DNA from: Candidatus Binatia bacterium
Lineage (GTDB): Bacteria > Desulfobacterota > Binatia > Bin18
NCBI GenBank assembly: GCA_963664395.2
Contig: OY761159.2
Coordinates: 1,632,001-1,696,000 of the forward strand
Reading direction: 5' to 3'
DNA length: 64,000 nucleotides
The notes under the pieces are model-generated. The model saw only the letters and a program-made list of their open reading frames with translations, was not told where the DNA came from and did no database searches. Of the stretch, positions 9,763 through 18,597 are shown piece by piece. Made by a program: the position numbers and the translations under genes. Numbering within the stretch: the stretch's first letter is position 1; the number at the start of each line of letters is the position of its first letter.

Positions 9763-10736
9763 CTATACAACACGTCCTGCACCGCGCGGACGACTTTTTC
9801 AACACTTGGTAACACTTCATGTTCCAGGTTTTTGGCATACGGCATGGGCACGTCTTCACCAGTCACCCGCACAACAGGCGCGTCCAGATAATCAAAGCCC
9901 TCTTTCATAATGCGGTAGGCGATCTCAGCCCCAAGACCGGCAAACGGCCAGCCTTCCTCCAGGATAATACAGCGGTTCGTCTTTCTGACTGAATCAAAAA
10001 TCATCTGGTCATCAAGCGGGCGTAGAGTCCGCGGATCAATCACTTCGAGTTCAATGCCTTCTTTTGCCAGTTCTCTTGCCGCATCCAGAGCGGTATGCAC
10101 CATCTTGGACCACGCCACAATGGTCACGTCCGTGCCGCTGCGTTTGACCTCGCCCTGGCCGAGTGGAATGCGGTACTCCTCCTCCCGGACCTCACCTTTT
10201 CGGCCGTACAAGACTTCACCCTCAATAAAGATCACTGGGTTTTCATCTCGGATGGCCGTTTTCAGCAGGCCCTTGGCATCGGCAGGAGTTGAGGGCGCAA
10301 CGACCTTCAGTCCCGGTACATAGGCGTACAGGCTCTCGACTGCTTGGGAATGCTGAGCGGCAAGCTGGTGAGCGGCCCCGCCCGGCCCGCGAAACACGAT
10401 GGGCAGGGTAATTTGTCCACCCGACATATAGCGCAGCTTGGCCGCGTTGTTGACTAATTGGTCATAGGCGCACAGCGAAAAATTCCAGGTCATAAACTCA
10501 ATGATAGGTCGCAGCCCAACCATAGCCGCCCCTATCCCAACCCCCGCAAAGCCAGTTTCTGCAATAGGCGTATCCACCACTCGGCGTTCACCAAAACGGT
10601 CGAGCAGTCCCTCAGAAACTTTGTACGCCCCATTATAATGGCCGACCTCTTCGCCCATGAGGAAAACGCGCTCGTCACGTTCCATCTCCTCAGTCATGGC
10701 CTCTCGCAAAGCCTCTCGGTATGTCAGCTCCCGCAT
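9759..10736 (-). CDS. pdhB: Pyruvate dehydrogenase E1 beta subunit
   Basis: GEEVGHYNGAYKVS, DTPIAETGF, EFMTWNF, AAQHSQ, DVPMPYAKNLE. Confidence 0.92.
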   Translation of the reverse strand: MRELTYREALREAMTEEMERDERVFLMGEEVGHYNGAYKVSEGLLDRFGERRVVDTPIAETGFAGVGIGAAMVGLRPIIEFMTWNFSLCAYDQLVNNAAKLRYMSGGQITLPIVFRGPGGAAHQLAAQHSQAVESLYAYVPGLKVVAPSTPADAKGLLKTAIRDENPVIFIEGEVLYGRKGEVREEEYRIPLGQGEVKRSGTDVTIVAWSKMVHTALDAARELAKEGIELEVIDPRTLRPLDDQMIFDSVRKTNRCIILEEGWPFAGLGAEIAYRIMKEGFDYLDAPVVRVTGEDVPMPYAKNLEHEVLPSVEKVVRAVQDVLYS

Positions 10737-10782
10737 ATGTTTGCTCTCCGCTTCCCTCTCCCTCAGAGAGAGTGTCCTGCTC

Positions 10783-11805
10783 TTACGCGCTCGCCTGCTG
10801 ACGGCGCTTTTCGAGCGGCACGACCTTTTCGTCCTGCTCATGTTGGTCTGGTTCGTAGTAGATGGCATCGAACAGTGTTGATACGTCGGGCGGCGGCGAT
10901 TCATCGGCAAATTTCACTGCCCTGGCTACTTCCTGTTTGGCCTCTTCGTCAATGGCTTTGAGCTGTTCTTCATTGGCAATACCCAAGGCGTAGATACGTT
11001 CGGCCAAAAGCCGGATGGGATCACGTTTCATCCACTCTTTGACTTCTTCTTTGGTTCGGTACTTCGCCGGGTCGGACATGGAGTGGCCCCGAAAACGATA
11101 CGTCTTGGCTTCAATGAGAATGGGCAGGCTTTCCGTGCGGGCGCGTTTGGCCGCATGGCGGATGACTTCCCGGACTTCGAGCACATCGTCGCCGTTCACA
11201 ATCTCCTGCGCCATGGGATAGCCCTTGGCCCGCACGGCGACATCCTCAACCGCCAGGGTCCGATACAACGGCGTACCCATGGAATATAAATTATTCTCGC
11301 AGATAAAAACGACGGGCAGTTTCCACAGCGCAGCCAGTGACAGGCCCTCGTGAAAGGCGCCCATATTCGCCGTGCCTTCTCCAAAGAAGCAGAGGGTGAC
11401 ATCCGACTCGCCCCGATATTTCGAGGCAAAGGCAATACCCGCGGCTATGGGCACATGACCGCCGACGATAGCATGGCCGCCCATAAAACGTTTGGCGATA
11501 TCAAAATAGTGCATGGAGCCACCTCGGCCTTTGGCACAACCATCGACTTTGCCAAACAATTCCGCCATGGCCGCATTCATATCCCCAACACGGGCCAGGT
11601 AATGGCCATGATCCCGATACGTCGCAACGATGTAATCGGTGGGCTTAACCGCCGACATGGCGCCAACCGCAACCGCCTCTTGGCCATTATACAAATGCAG
11701 AAAGCCACCAATCTTGCCCCGCGAATACGAACGGGCCGCTTCTTCTTCAAAGCGCCGAATGCGAATCATGTCGCGGTAGAGTGAAAGCATAAGGGTCTTA
11801 TCCAT
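10783..11805 (-). CDS. pdhA: Pyruvate dehydrogenase E1 alpha subunit
   Basis: KIGGFLHLYNGQEA, GRGGSMH, CENN, TYRFRGHSMSDP. Confidence 0.92.
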   Translation of the reverse strand: MDKTLMLSLYRDMIRIRRFEEEAARSYSRGKIGGFLHLYNGQEAVAVGAMSAVKPTDYIVATYRDHGHYLARVGDMNAAMAELFGKVDGCAKGRGGSMHYFDIAKRFMGGHAIVGGHVPIAAGIAFASKYRGESDVTLCFFGEGTANMGAFHEGLSLAALWKLPVVFICENNLYSMGTPLYRTLAVEDVAVRAKGYPMAQEIVNGDDVLEVREVIRHAAKRARTESLPILIEAKTYRFRGHSMSDPAKYRTKEEVKEWMKRDPIRLLAERIYALGIANEEQLKAIDEEAKQEVARAVKFADESPPPDVSTLFDAIYYEPDQHEQDEKVVPLEKRRQQASA

Positions 11806-12029
11806 ACTGATTCCCTCGCTATCGATTGTTCCGTCTTTTGACGATCCTTGCCAGGGTAGGCCACTCTGCGGTCCGGTTGCAAGCGGGTTAAGACAAAATG
11901 TCTGAGCGCTCAATATGGGCGAACGCTGGATTCTGGACAGTGGGAGAGCCAGAGAATCTGGAGAAAGAGGCGCGAGATCCAGCCTAGGAACCGCTAGCAA
12001 TTCGTGCCGTCGGAGACGGGCTTGAGTCA

Positions 12030-14231
12030 TTACGTTTGGTGCATGAACGCCCGCACCAGCCGGATTTCCTCATAGGTGTAGTCTTCGCCCAGCATCGCTT
12101 TGACCGGAGCCAGGGCGGTGGCGCCGGAGCGGTCTATCGCGCGTCTAATGGCCTCCAGACGGTCCGCCGCCGGTAGCAATGGGCGGAGGTCAACGTCCTC
12201 GCCGTCGGCGACTAGCTTTTCAACATGGCCCACTACCGTGCGGAGAGAGAGGCCGCGTTCTTCTGCGACCTCAGCAAGTGACCGGCCCTGCTCAAGCAAC
12301 TGTTTCGTTGCAATATGCGTTGAACCTTGTCGACTCACCTTACTGCCTTGCGACTCTCTGCCACGTCGCAGGACCGGTACAGAGCGCTCCGCAAGACCCT
12401 GCTCATCGGCGTGCGAACGAATAACCTCCAGAAACGCCTCGCCCCACTGCTCCAGTTTCGCCGCGCCCACCCCCGAGATATGAGACAGGCTGTCGCGGCT
12501 CTGGGGCAAATAGGCCGCCATCTGCCGCAGCGTCCGGTCGCCGAAAATGACGTACGGCGGCACGTTGCGTTCCGTGGCGAGCCGGCGGCGTAGCCCGCGC
12601 AGCTTGTCAAACAACGCCGGGTCGTAGGCATCCTCAGCCTCGCTTGCCGGCGCGTCACGTCTGCGCCACGCCAGCGCCGGGTCGGAGCCGGTACGGTGTG
12701 GGGCCGGTTCGTCCCGTTTGGCGCGCGTGAGGGTCAGATTCTCTCGGTTCTTGAGGAACTTCCGGCCCGCCGCGGTCACGCCCAGGGTGGCATATTCGCG
12801 GCTGTTCTTGCCAAGCAAGCCCTTGGCGAGCAAAAGCTCGGCCAGTTCTTTGAGGTCGGCATCGGACAGGTCGGCGACGATACCGTATACGCTTAACTTG
12901 TCGTGCCGCAGCTCCCGCACGCGTTTCGTGTCAGCGCCGCGCAGTACCTGGCTCACGTGGGCGAGGCCGAAGCGCTCGCCCGTACGCACCACTGCCGACA
13001 GGATTTTTTGGGCGATGAGGGTGGCGTCGAACTCCTCGCGGGGCGTGAGGCAGACGTCGCAGCCCGCGCAGTTGTCCTGCGGCCAGTCCTCGCCGAAGTA
13101 GGTCAACAGATATTTTCGGCGGCAGGTCTGCACACCGCAGAACTCAATCATCCGCGCCAGCTTATCCTGCGCGTTGCGCCGCTCCGCCGCGTCCTCTATC
13201 TGGTCGATGAAAATATCCTGTTTCACCTTGTCGCCGTAGGAGTAGAACAGAACACACTCGCTGAGCAGGCCGTCGCGTCCAGCGCGGCCCGTCTCCTGGT
13301 AGTAGCCTTCGATTGACTTGGGCAGGTCATAGTGCACGACCAGCCGGACATCCGGCTTGTCTATACCCATCCCGAAGGCGATGGTCGCCACGATGATGAG
13401 CGCGTCGTCGCGGATGAATTTCTCCTGAGTCTCGCTCCGTACTGTATTGTCCAGGCCGGCGTGGTAGGGCAGTGCGGAAAGACCCCTGTCACACAGGCTG
13501 GCAGCCAGGTCTTCCGTGCTCTTACGGGAAAAGCAGTACACGATGCACGACTCGCCCCGGTACTTGTGCAGCAGGTCCGCCAGCGCAGCCACGGAGTTTC
13601 GCTTGGGCCGCACGGTGTAGGTCAGATTGGCACGGTTGAAGCTGGCGATGAACTCTTGCGACTGGGTCAATTCGAGTTGTTCGGCAACGTCACGGCGGAC
13701 CAGCTCGGTCGCGGTGGCGGTCAGGGCGATGAACGGGACGCCCGGCAGGAGACGGCGCAGATCAACCAAGTTGCGGTAGTCGGGCCGGAACTCGTGCCCC
13801 CACATGGAGATGCAGTGCGCCTCGTCCACGGCGACGAGGCTGACCTTCAGCTCGGCCAGGAAATCCTGGAAGCCGGATAACGCCAGCCGCTCCGGGGCGA
13901 CGTACAGGATTTTGACCGCGTTCCGCCGGACGCGCGTCCGCACGCTGTTCAGTTCCGGGTAGGTCAGGCTGCTGTTGATGAACTCCGCGGCAATCCCGTT
14001 GGCCTTGAGCGTATCCACCTGGTCTTTCATCAGGGCGATCAGTGGCGAGATCACCAGCGTCAGCCCGTCGAAGCGCAGCGCCGGCAACTGATAGCACAGG
14101 GATTTCCCGCCGCCGGTGGGCATCAGGACCAGCGTGTCGCGCCGTTCCAGCACGCTGGCGATGATCTCGGCTTGTAGCGGACGGAACTCGTCGTAGCCGA
14201 AATGTTTCTTGAGCAGGTCCAGCACGGTCAC
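12030..14231 (-). CDS. recQ: DNA helicase RecQ (helicase, RQC, HRDC, C-terminal HTH)
   Basis: MPTGGGKSLCYQLPAL, DEAHC, QETGRAGRDG, Zn-binding Cys cluster, HRDC (PPYVIFGDRTL). Confidence 0.95.
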   Translation of the reverse strand: MTVLDLLKKHFGYDEFRPLQAEIIASVLERRDTLVLMPTGGGKSLCYQLPALRFDGLTLVISPLIALMKDQVDTLKANGIAAEFINSSLTYPELNSVRTRVRRNAVKILYVAPERLALSGFQDFLAELKVSLVAVDEAHCISMWGHEFRPDYRNLVDLRRLLPGVPFIALTATATELVRRDVAEQLELTQSQEFIASFNRANLTYTVRPKRNSVAALADLLHKYRGESCIVYCFSRKSTEDLAASLCDRGLSALPYHAGLDNTVRSETQEKFIRDDALIIVATIAFGMGIDKPDVRLVVHYDLPKSIEGYYQETGRAGRDGLLSECVLFYSYGDKVKQDIFIDQIEDAAERRNAQDKLARMIEFCGVQTCRRKYLLTYFGEDWPQDNCAGCDVCLTPREEFDATLIAQKILSAVVRTGERFGLAHVSQVLRGADTKRVRELRHDKLSVYGIVADLSDADLKELAELLLAKGLLGKNSREYATLGVTAAGRKFLKNRENLTLTRAKRDEPAPHRTGSDPALAWRRRDAPASEAEDAYDPALFDKLRGLRRRLATERNVPPYVIFGDRTLRQMAAYLPQSRDSLSHISGVGAAKLEQWGEAFLEVIRSHADEQGLAERSVPVLRRGRESQGSKVSRQGSTHIATKQLLEQGRSLAEVAEERGLSLRTVVGHVEKLVADGEDVDLRPLLPAADRLEAIRRAIDRSGATALAPVKAMLGEDYTYEEIRLVRAFMHQT

Positions 14232-14237
14232 GTTTCC

Positions 14238-14315
14238 CTATCCCCGCCGCGCGTCTTCAGGCATTTCGCGGGCATGACGACGTGCTTTCGGTGTGATCTC
14301 TCCGCCGTCCAGCAT
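14238..14315 (-). repeat. Diverged second copy of the last 78 nt of recN
   Basis: Encodes MLDGGEITPKARRHAREMPEDARRG* versus recN MLGGVEITPEARRHAREMLEGARRG* (16820-16897); 58/78 nt identical by manual alignment, no gaps. Confidence 0.9.
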
Positions 14316-14409
14316 TGATAAAATTGTTTAATGAAACGCCCTGGCGGTGGGCGAGGTCTTGAGCTTTACGCTTCAAGTCATCGCGCATACGAAGGGAAAG
14401 CATCGCCAT
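14257..14409 (-). pseudogene. Truncated ribbon-helix-helix antitoxin fused out of frame to the recN remnant
   Basis: GGAG RBS then MAMLSLRMRDDLKRKAQDLAHRQGVSLNNFINA (RHH pattern); after ~14310 it runs into recN-derived DNA. Confidence 0.7.
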
Positions 14410-14427
14410 AGTATCGTCTCCTGTCTC

Positions 14428-14505
14428 TTACAGATAACGAGCCACTAACTCCTGAGGCGTCATCACCCGCCATCCCAATTGGGGCAGATCGGCCGAGCCG
14501 GAATG
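14428..14505 (-). pseudogene. Probable 3' remnant of a PIN-family toxin
   Basis: SADLPQLGWRVMTPQELVARYL* resembles PIN toxin C-termini (V.TP.E) and lies directly upstream of the RHH antitoxin. Confidence 0.45.
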
Positions 14506-14576
14506 CCTACAATGAGCTGAAACATTTTTTCCCGCAAGTCGTTCTTGCAATCAGGGAGGCGAAAAACGATCCCGGC

Positions 14577-14607
14577 TTGACAAGCGGACAAAAATGTCCG
14601 TTATAAG
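14577..14607 (+). promoter_or_regulatory. hicAB sigma70-type promoter with palindromic operator
   Basis: TTGACA (14577) ... TATAAG (14602); perfect palindrome CGGACA-AAAA-TGTCCG (14585-14600) in the spacer. Confidence 0.75.
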
Positions 14608-14611
14608 AGTT

Positions 14612-14818
14612 GTGACGGGTAATGAATTCATCCGCAAAGTGAGAAAACTGGGTCGAGCAAATAAAGTGACGATTCGGTTTGTTGCCCGTCGCGGAAAAGG
14701 TAGCCACGGAACATTATTCTATGGTTCACAGTTCACAATCGTTCGGAACCCCAAGGCTGAGCTCAAAACAGGAACGCTTCGGGCTATGCTTGACCAACTC
14801 GGTATCAACGACTTGTAG
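14612..14818 (+). CDS. hicA: HicA family toxin
   Basis: RRGKGSH motif, ELKTGTLRAMLDQLGI; GTG 14612 chosen because the upstream ATG lies inside the operator. Confidence 0.85.
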   Translation: MTGNEFIRKVRKLGRANKVTIRFVARRGKGSHGTLFYGSQFTIVRNPKAELKTGTLRAMLDQLGINDL

Positions 14819-14827
14819 GAGACGCCT

Positions 14828-15265
14828 GTGCAAAGCTTCATTTATCCTGCCAGACTGAAACCCGATAGAGTGGATGGTGGCTTTGTTGTCACATTCACCG
14901 ATCTGCCTGAAGCCATTACTCAGGGAGAAGCTGTTGAAGATGCCCTCAACGAGGCGGCCGACTGCCTTGACGAAGCCATTGTCAATCGGATTGTCACGGG
15001 CCTACCTATCCCCCTGCCGTCTGTTGTCAAGAAAGGGTGCTATCCGGTGCCGCTGGCTGCGCACAGTGCGGCCAAGGCCGCGCTCTATCTCGCTCTCCAA
15101 GAGGCCCGGGTGACAAAGGCAGACCTGGCAAGGCGACTGGACTGTGACGAGAAAGAGGTACGTCGTTTGCTGGACCCCCGCCATCCGTCGAAACTGCCTC
15201 GGCTTGAGGCTGCCCTGGCAGCAATAGGCCGGCGTTTGATTGTTGGGTTCCAAGCAACTGCTTGA
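14828..15265 (+). CDS. hicB: HicB family antitoxin with C-terminal HTH
   Basis: GGFVVTFTDLPEAITQGE, KADLARRL...VRRLLDPRHPSKL. Confidence 0.9.
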   Translation: MQSFIYPARLKPDRVDGGFVVTFTDLPEAITQGEAVEDALNEAADCLDEAIVNRIVTGLPIPLPSVVKKGCYPVPLAAHSAAKAALYLALQEARVTKADLARRLDCDEKEVRRLLDPRHPSKLPRLEAALAAIGRRLIVGFQATA

Positions 15266-15435
15266 GACGGGCGGGCATTCCCGATCACATCCGATCATTC
15301 TCTTACCAACTGAAAAGGCCCAGGAAGCATAGAACATTTGCGCTCGCTTGGGGTACCGCCAAACGTGTCACTCCCTTGCCTTCCTTAACATCTTCACGGC
15401 CTTCGCTTCCTGGCGCAACTCTCTGTCGTTTCAGT

Positions 15436-16453
15436 CTAACCATTGCCATGATCGTCATCATCTGAATCATCGTCATCATCTGCATCGTCATCATGATCGT
15501 CCTCATGGTCATCCTCATCGTGGCCGGCAAAACCGGACGGAACGAGCGCTCCGCCGAGTACCCAACTCCGAATGATCTCAATCTCCTCATCGGACAAAGG
15601 CGGCATATCCCGAGGCATACGACGACCGCGGGTGGGCGCATCCACGATCTTCTCTACGAGATAACTCTCATCCGGACGACCCGGATTGATAAGCAGGGTT
15701 CCATCAGAGAGCTGACCGCTTCTGGCAGCGATCGTATTCCGTGGCATATTCTCTTCGGCCAAATCCAGGTTCGCGGCAGGGCCGTTCTTGTAGTCGCTCG
15801 AATGGCAGCGGAGACACTTCGCGTTAAAAATTGCTTGCACCGCGTCCAGGTCGTCACCAGTTGTTTCGTCCTCATTGTAGGCCTCAACGATGCCGGTGTT
15901 CTGGGTGGGCAGGGAATAATCCACTCGCAGATTGGCCGCACCCATCTCAGCCCCAGTTGTTGCGTTAATAATAAGTACCTGGTCATTGAGCACATCCACA
16001 CCCGTCCACGACTCCTCAAAGCTGAAGGCTTCATTAAATTCGACGTTCCCAGGCACGGCAACCGTAACGGTATGCTCAATAATAACCGCCTCGCAGTCTT
16101 TAGCCCGAATCTCGACGCCAACGGTATGCTCACCAGAACCCAAGTGGGCATAGTTTATTACGCCGGAATAGCTCGTATTGAGGGGGGCGCCCTCTACTTT
16201 CCGCTGCACGTCTTCTCGTGGACCACAGCACGGAAGGGAGTAGTCGTGCTGGGTGGTTCCATCAATCCGAAGGTAGACTGACACGGGGGCATCATTTGTT
16301 GCAAAGGCCCAGCCGTGGACCGTTTCAATCCCAGCAACGCCGGGTCTTGTTGGCAGGGCTATCCAAGAACGCTGTAATGGTGTCTGCCCATGCTGCTGAC
16401 GCTGTCAAAATGAGTATGCCAAGAGCGACCGCCAGGGTTCGGTGTTTTTTTAT
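15436..16453 (-). pseudogene. Secreted protein with Planctomycete-type cytochrome c domain and His/Asp-rich tail; ATA start and +1 frameshift
   Basis: AGGAGG RBS, then ATA-KKHRTLAVALGILILTASAAWA signal peptide. Frameshift near 16345 into GVAGIETVHGWAF. Then CLRCH heme motif, PGRPDESYLVEKI...MP...LSDEEIEIIRSW, tail HDEDDHEDDHDDD. Confidence 0.75.
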
Positions 16454-16626
16454 CGTTCTCTTCCTCCTTCTATTTTACAGACAGTCCGACCGGGTGCCTC
16501 CACACGATAGATTCGGCGGAAATTATCGTAGAATCCCAGACAAGGGTCAAGTTTTTATCTCTGCTCGGGGAGTTTTATATTTGACCGCTGTTACAATAGG
16601 TCGTGACCCGCACTCCAGGAGGATCC

Positions 16627-16815
16627 ATGAAGCGTATAGCGATTGTGCTCATTGCAGGGGTTGTCGTGTCAGCGCTGCTCGCCTTGGCCATTGTGCTTGG
16701 CGCTCCCCAGCCGCCCCCTCCGCTGGAAAGTATCAACACCCCATTCCGGAGCGTGGACTTCTCCGACCTTGCTCAGCTCAAGCGCTATCCCGCTCGGGAC
16801 GGGGAAAGCTCTTAG
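16627..16815 (+). pseudogene. N-terminal fragment of a membrane-anchored alpha/beta hydrolase
   Basis: AGGAGG RBS, TM anchor, PPPLESINTPFRSVDFSDL...YPARDG, then a stop against the recN end; no catalytic domain. Confidence 0.55.
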
Positions 16816-16819
16816 TCCC

Positions 16820-18535
16820 CTATCCCCGCCGTGCCCCCTCAAGCATCTCGCGCGCGTGGCGGCGGGCCTCGGGCGTGATTTCCACACCGCCCAGCATACG
16901 GGCGAGTTCTTGGAGGCGTTCGCGCTGGGTGAGACGTTGGGCTGAAGAGATCGTGCGACCTCTGGTTGTTTTTTTGGTCACGGTGTAGGCATGGTCGGCA
17001 AACGCCGCGATCTGCGGCAAATGCGTAATGCACAGCACTTGATGTTGGTCGGCTAAGGCTTTGAGCCGACGCCCGACGACCTCGGCCACCCCACCGCCGA
17101 TGCCCGCGTCCACTTCGTCAAAAATCAGTGTCGGCGTCGCTTCCGCCGCTGCACTGAGTGCCTTGAGGGCGAGCATGAGCCGCGAGAGCTCTCCTCCGGA
17201 TGCGGCCTGGATGAGCGGCAAGAGCGGCTCACCGGGATTTGCAGACAGATAAAATTCGACCTGATCACAGCCGCGCCCTCCGAGACGCCGGCCCTTTTGC
17301 GTAAACGGAGAACCAGTCGCCCCCTCGGTTCCATCCTCCTGATGTTGCAGAAATCGGACGTCAAAGCGTGCGCCCTGCATGCCGAGTTGGCTTAACTCGG
17401 TTTGGATGCTTTTCTCAAGATTCCGGGCTACCTCACGCCGCTCTTTCGACAGCTCTTGCGCCCAGGACCACGCCGCTTGCGCAGTCTGGACAACTTCTTG
17501 TTGTAGTGTGGCAATCGCCTCTTCACCGCCTTCGATGCGTTCCAGCTCTTGTTCCAGAGCGACCTGCCGGGCCAGAATCGCCTCAATACTCCCTCCATAT
17601 TTTTTCTTGAGACGCGAGATATGCATAAGGCGCGTATCAATCTCTTCCAAACGCTCAGGGTTCGGACTGAGGCGCTCGCCATATTTGCGTAAGAAGAGCG
17701 CCGCCTCTTCGACCTGGGCCAGCCCATCACTCAGGAGCGCTACCACTTCGTTCAGGCTTTCATCCACCCGGACCAGTTCCCGCAGTTGCGCCACCAGGCG
17801 CCCAAGCTGATCCGTTACCGCGCCGTCGCTGTCAGTGAGTACCGCTTCTCCACCAGACGCCGCCTGATACAGCTTTTCGGCGTGAAGGAGAATGGTACGT
17901 TCTTGGCGCAACTGCTCTTCTTCTCCGGGCTGTAGGGCGGCGCGGTGAATTTCCTCGACCTGAAAACGGACGAAGTCCTGGCGGACCTCAGCCGCTTCCT
18001 TGTCCTCGGTCAGCAGGCGCACGCGCTCCCATACCCGCCGGAGGGCATGATAGCGCGTTGCCATTTCCTGGACGTGCGGAGTCGCGTCAGCGAAATCGTC
18101 AAGCAGCTGGAGAGCAGAATCGGCTTCGCGTAAGACCTGTTGTTCATGCTGTCCATAGATGTGTATCAGCCGGGCACTGAGCTGACGCAACAGCGTAACT
18201 GTGGTCAACCTGCCGTTCAGATACACCCGGCTCCGCCCACTAGCCGCAATCACCCGGCGGACGAGGAGTTCCTCGGCTTCGAGCAGTTCCTGTTCCGCGA
18301 AGAGGGGGGCGAGGCGCGCGTGGTCGAGGCTGAAGACTGCCTCGACCACGGCTTCTTTGGTATCCCGGCGAATCAGGTCGACGGTCGCTCGGCCGCCCAG
18401 GGCCAGGCCGATGCCGTGCATGAGCAGGCTTTTGCCCGCGCCAGTCTCTCCGGTGAGCACATTCAGGCCGGACTCGAACGATAGTTCGAGATCATCGATC
18501 AAGGCTAAATTTTTAACGTGCAGATGACGCAGCAT
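16820..18535 (-). CDS. recN: DNA repair protein RecN
   Basis: LTGETGAGKS, ASGGELSRLMLAL, FDEVDAGIGG, ITHLPQIAA. Confidence 0.95.
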   Translation of the reverse strand: MLRHLHVKNLALIDDLELSFESGLNVLTGETGAGKSLLMHGIGLALGGRATVDLIRRDTKEAVVEAVFSLDHARLAPLFAEQELLEAEELLVRRVIAASGRSRVYLNGRLTTVTLLRQLSARLIHIYGQHEQQVLREADSALQLLDDFADATPHVQEMATRYHALRRVWERVRLLTEDKEAAEVRQDFVRFQVEEIHRAALQPGEEEQLRQERTILLHAEKLYQAASGGEAVLTDSDGAVTDQLGRLVAQLRELVRVDESLNEVVALLSDGLAQVEEAALFLRKYGERLSPNPERLEEIDTRLMHISRLKKKYGGSIEAILARQVALEQELERIEGGEEAIATLQQEVVQTAQAAWSWAQELSKERREVARNLEKSIQTELSQLGMQGARFDVRFLQHQEDGTEGATGSPFTQKGRRLGGRGCDQVEFYLSANPGEPLLPLIQAASGGELSRLMLALKALSAAAEATPTLIFDEVDAGIGGGVAEVVGRRLKALADQHQVLCITHLPQIAAFADHAYTVTKKTTRGRTISSAQRLTQRERLQELARMLGGVEITPEARRHAREMLEGARRG

Positions 18536-18597
18536 ACGGCTGTTTCCCGGTCGCTCTTGTCGCCAGCTTCCTCCATCCGTCGCTGGAGTTGCGCCCC

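Noticed and set aside
11806-12030. 75-aa N-terminal extension of pdhA, and similar upstream extensions of pdhB, gloB, MMPL and the SplB-like ORF
   Set aside because: Family similarity and RBS placement favour the downstream ATGs; extensions are longest-ORF artefacts.
15445-15525. TCATCG-like repeats as a tandem array or CRISPR
   Set aside because: They are codons of the Asp/His tail on the minus strand; no repeat-spacer periodicity.
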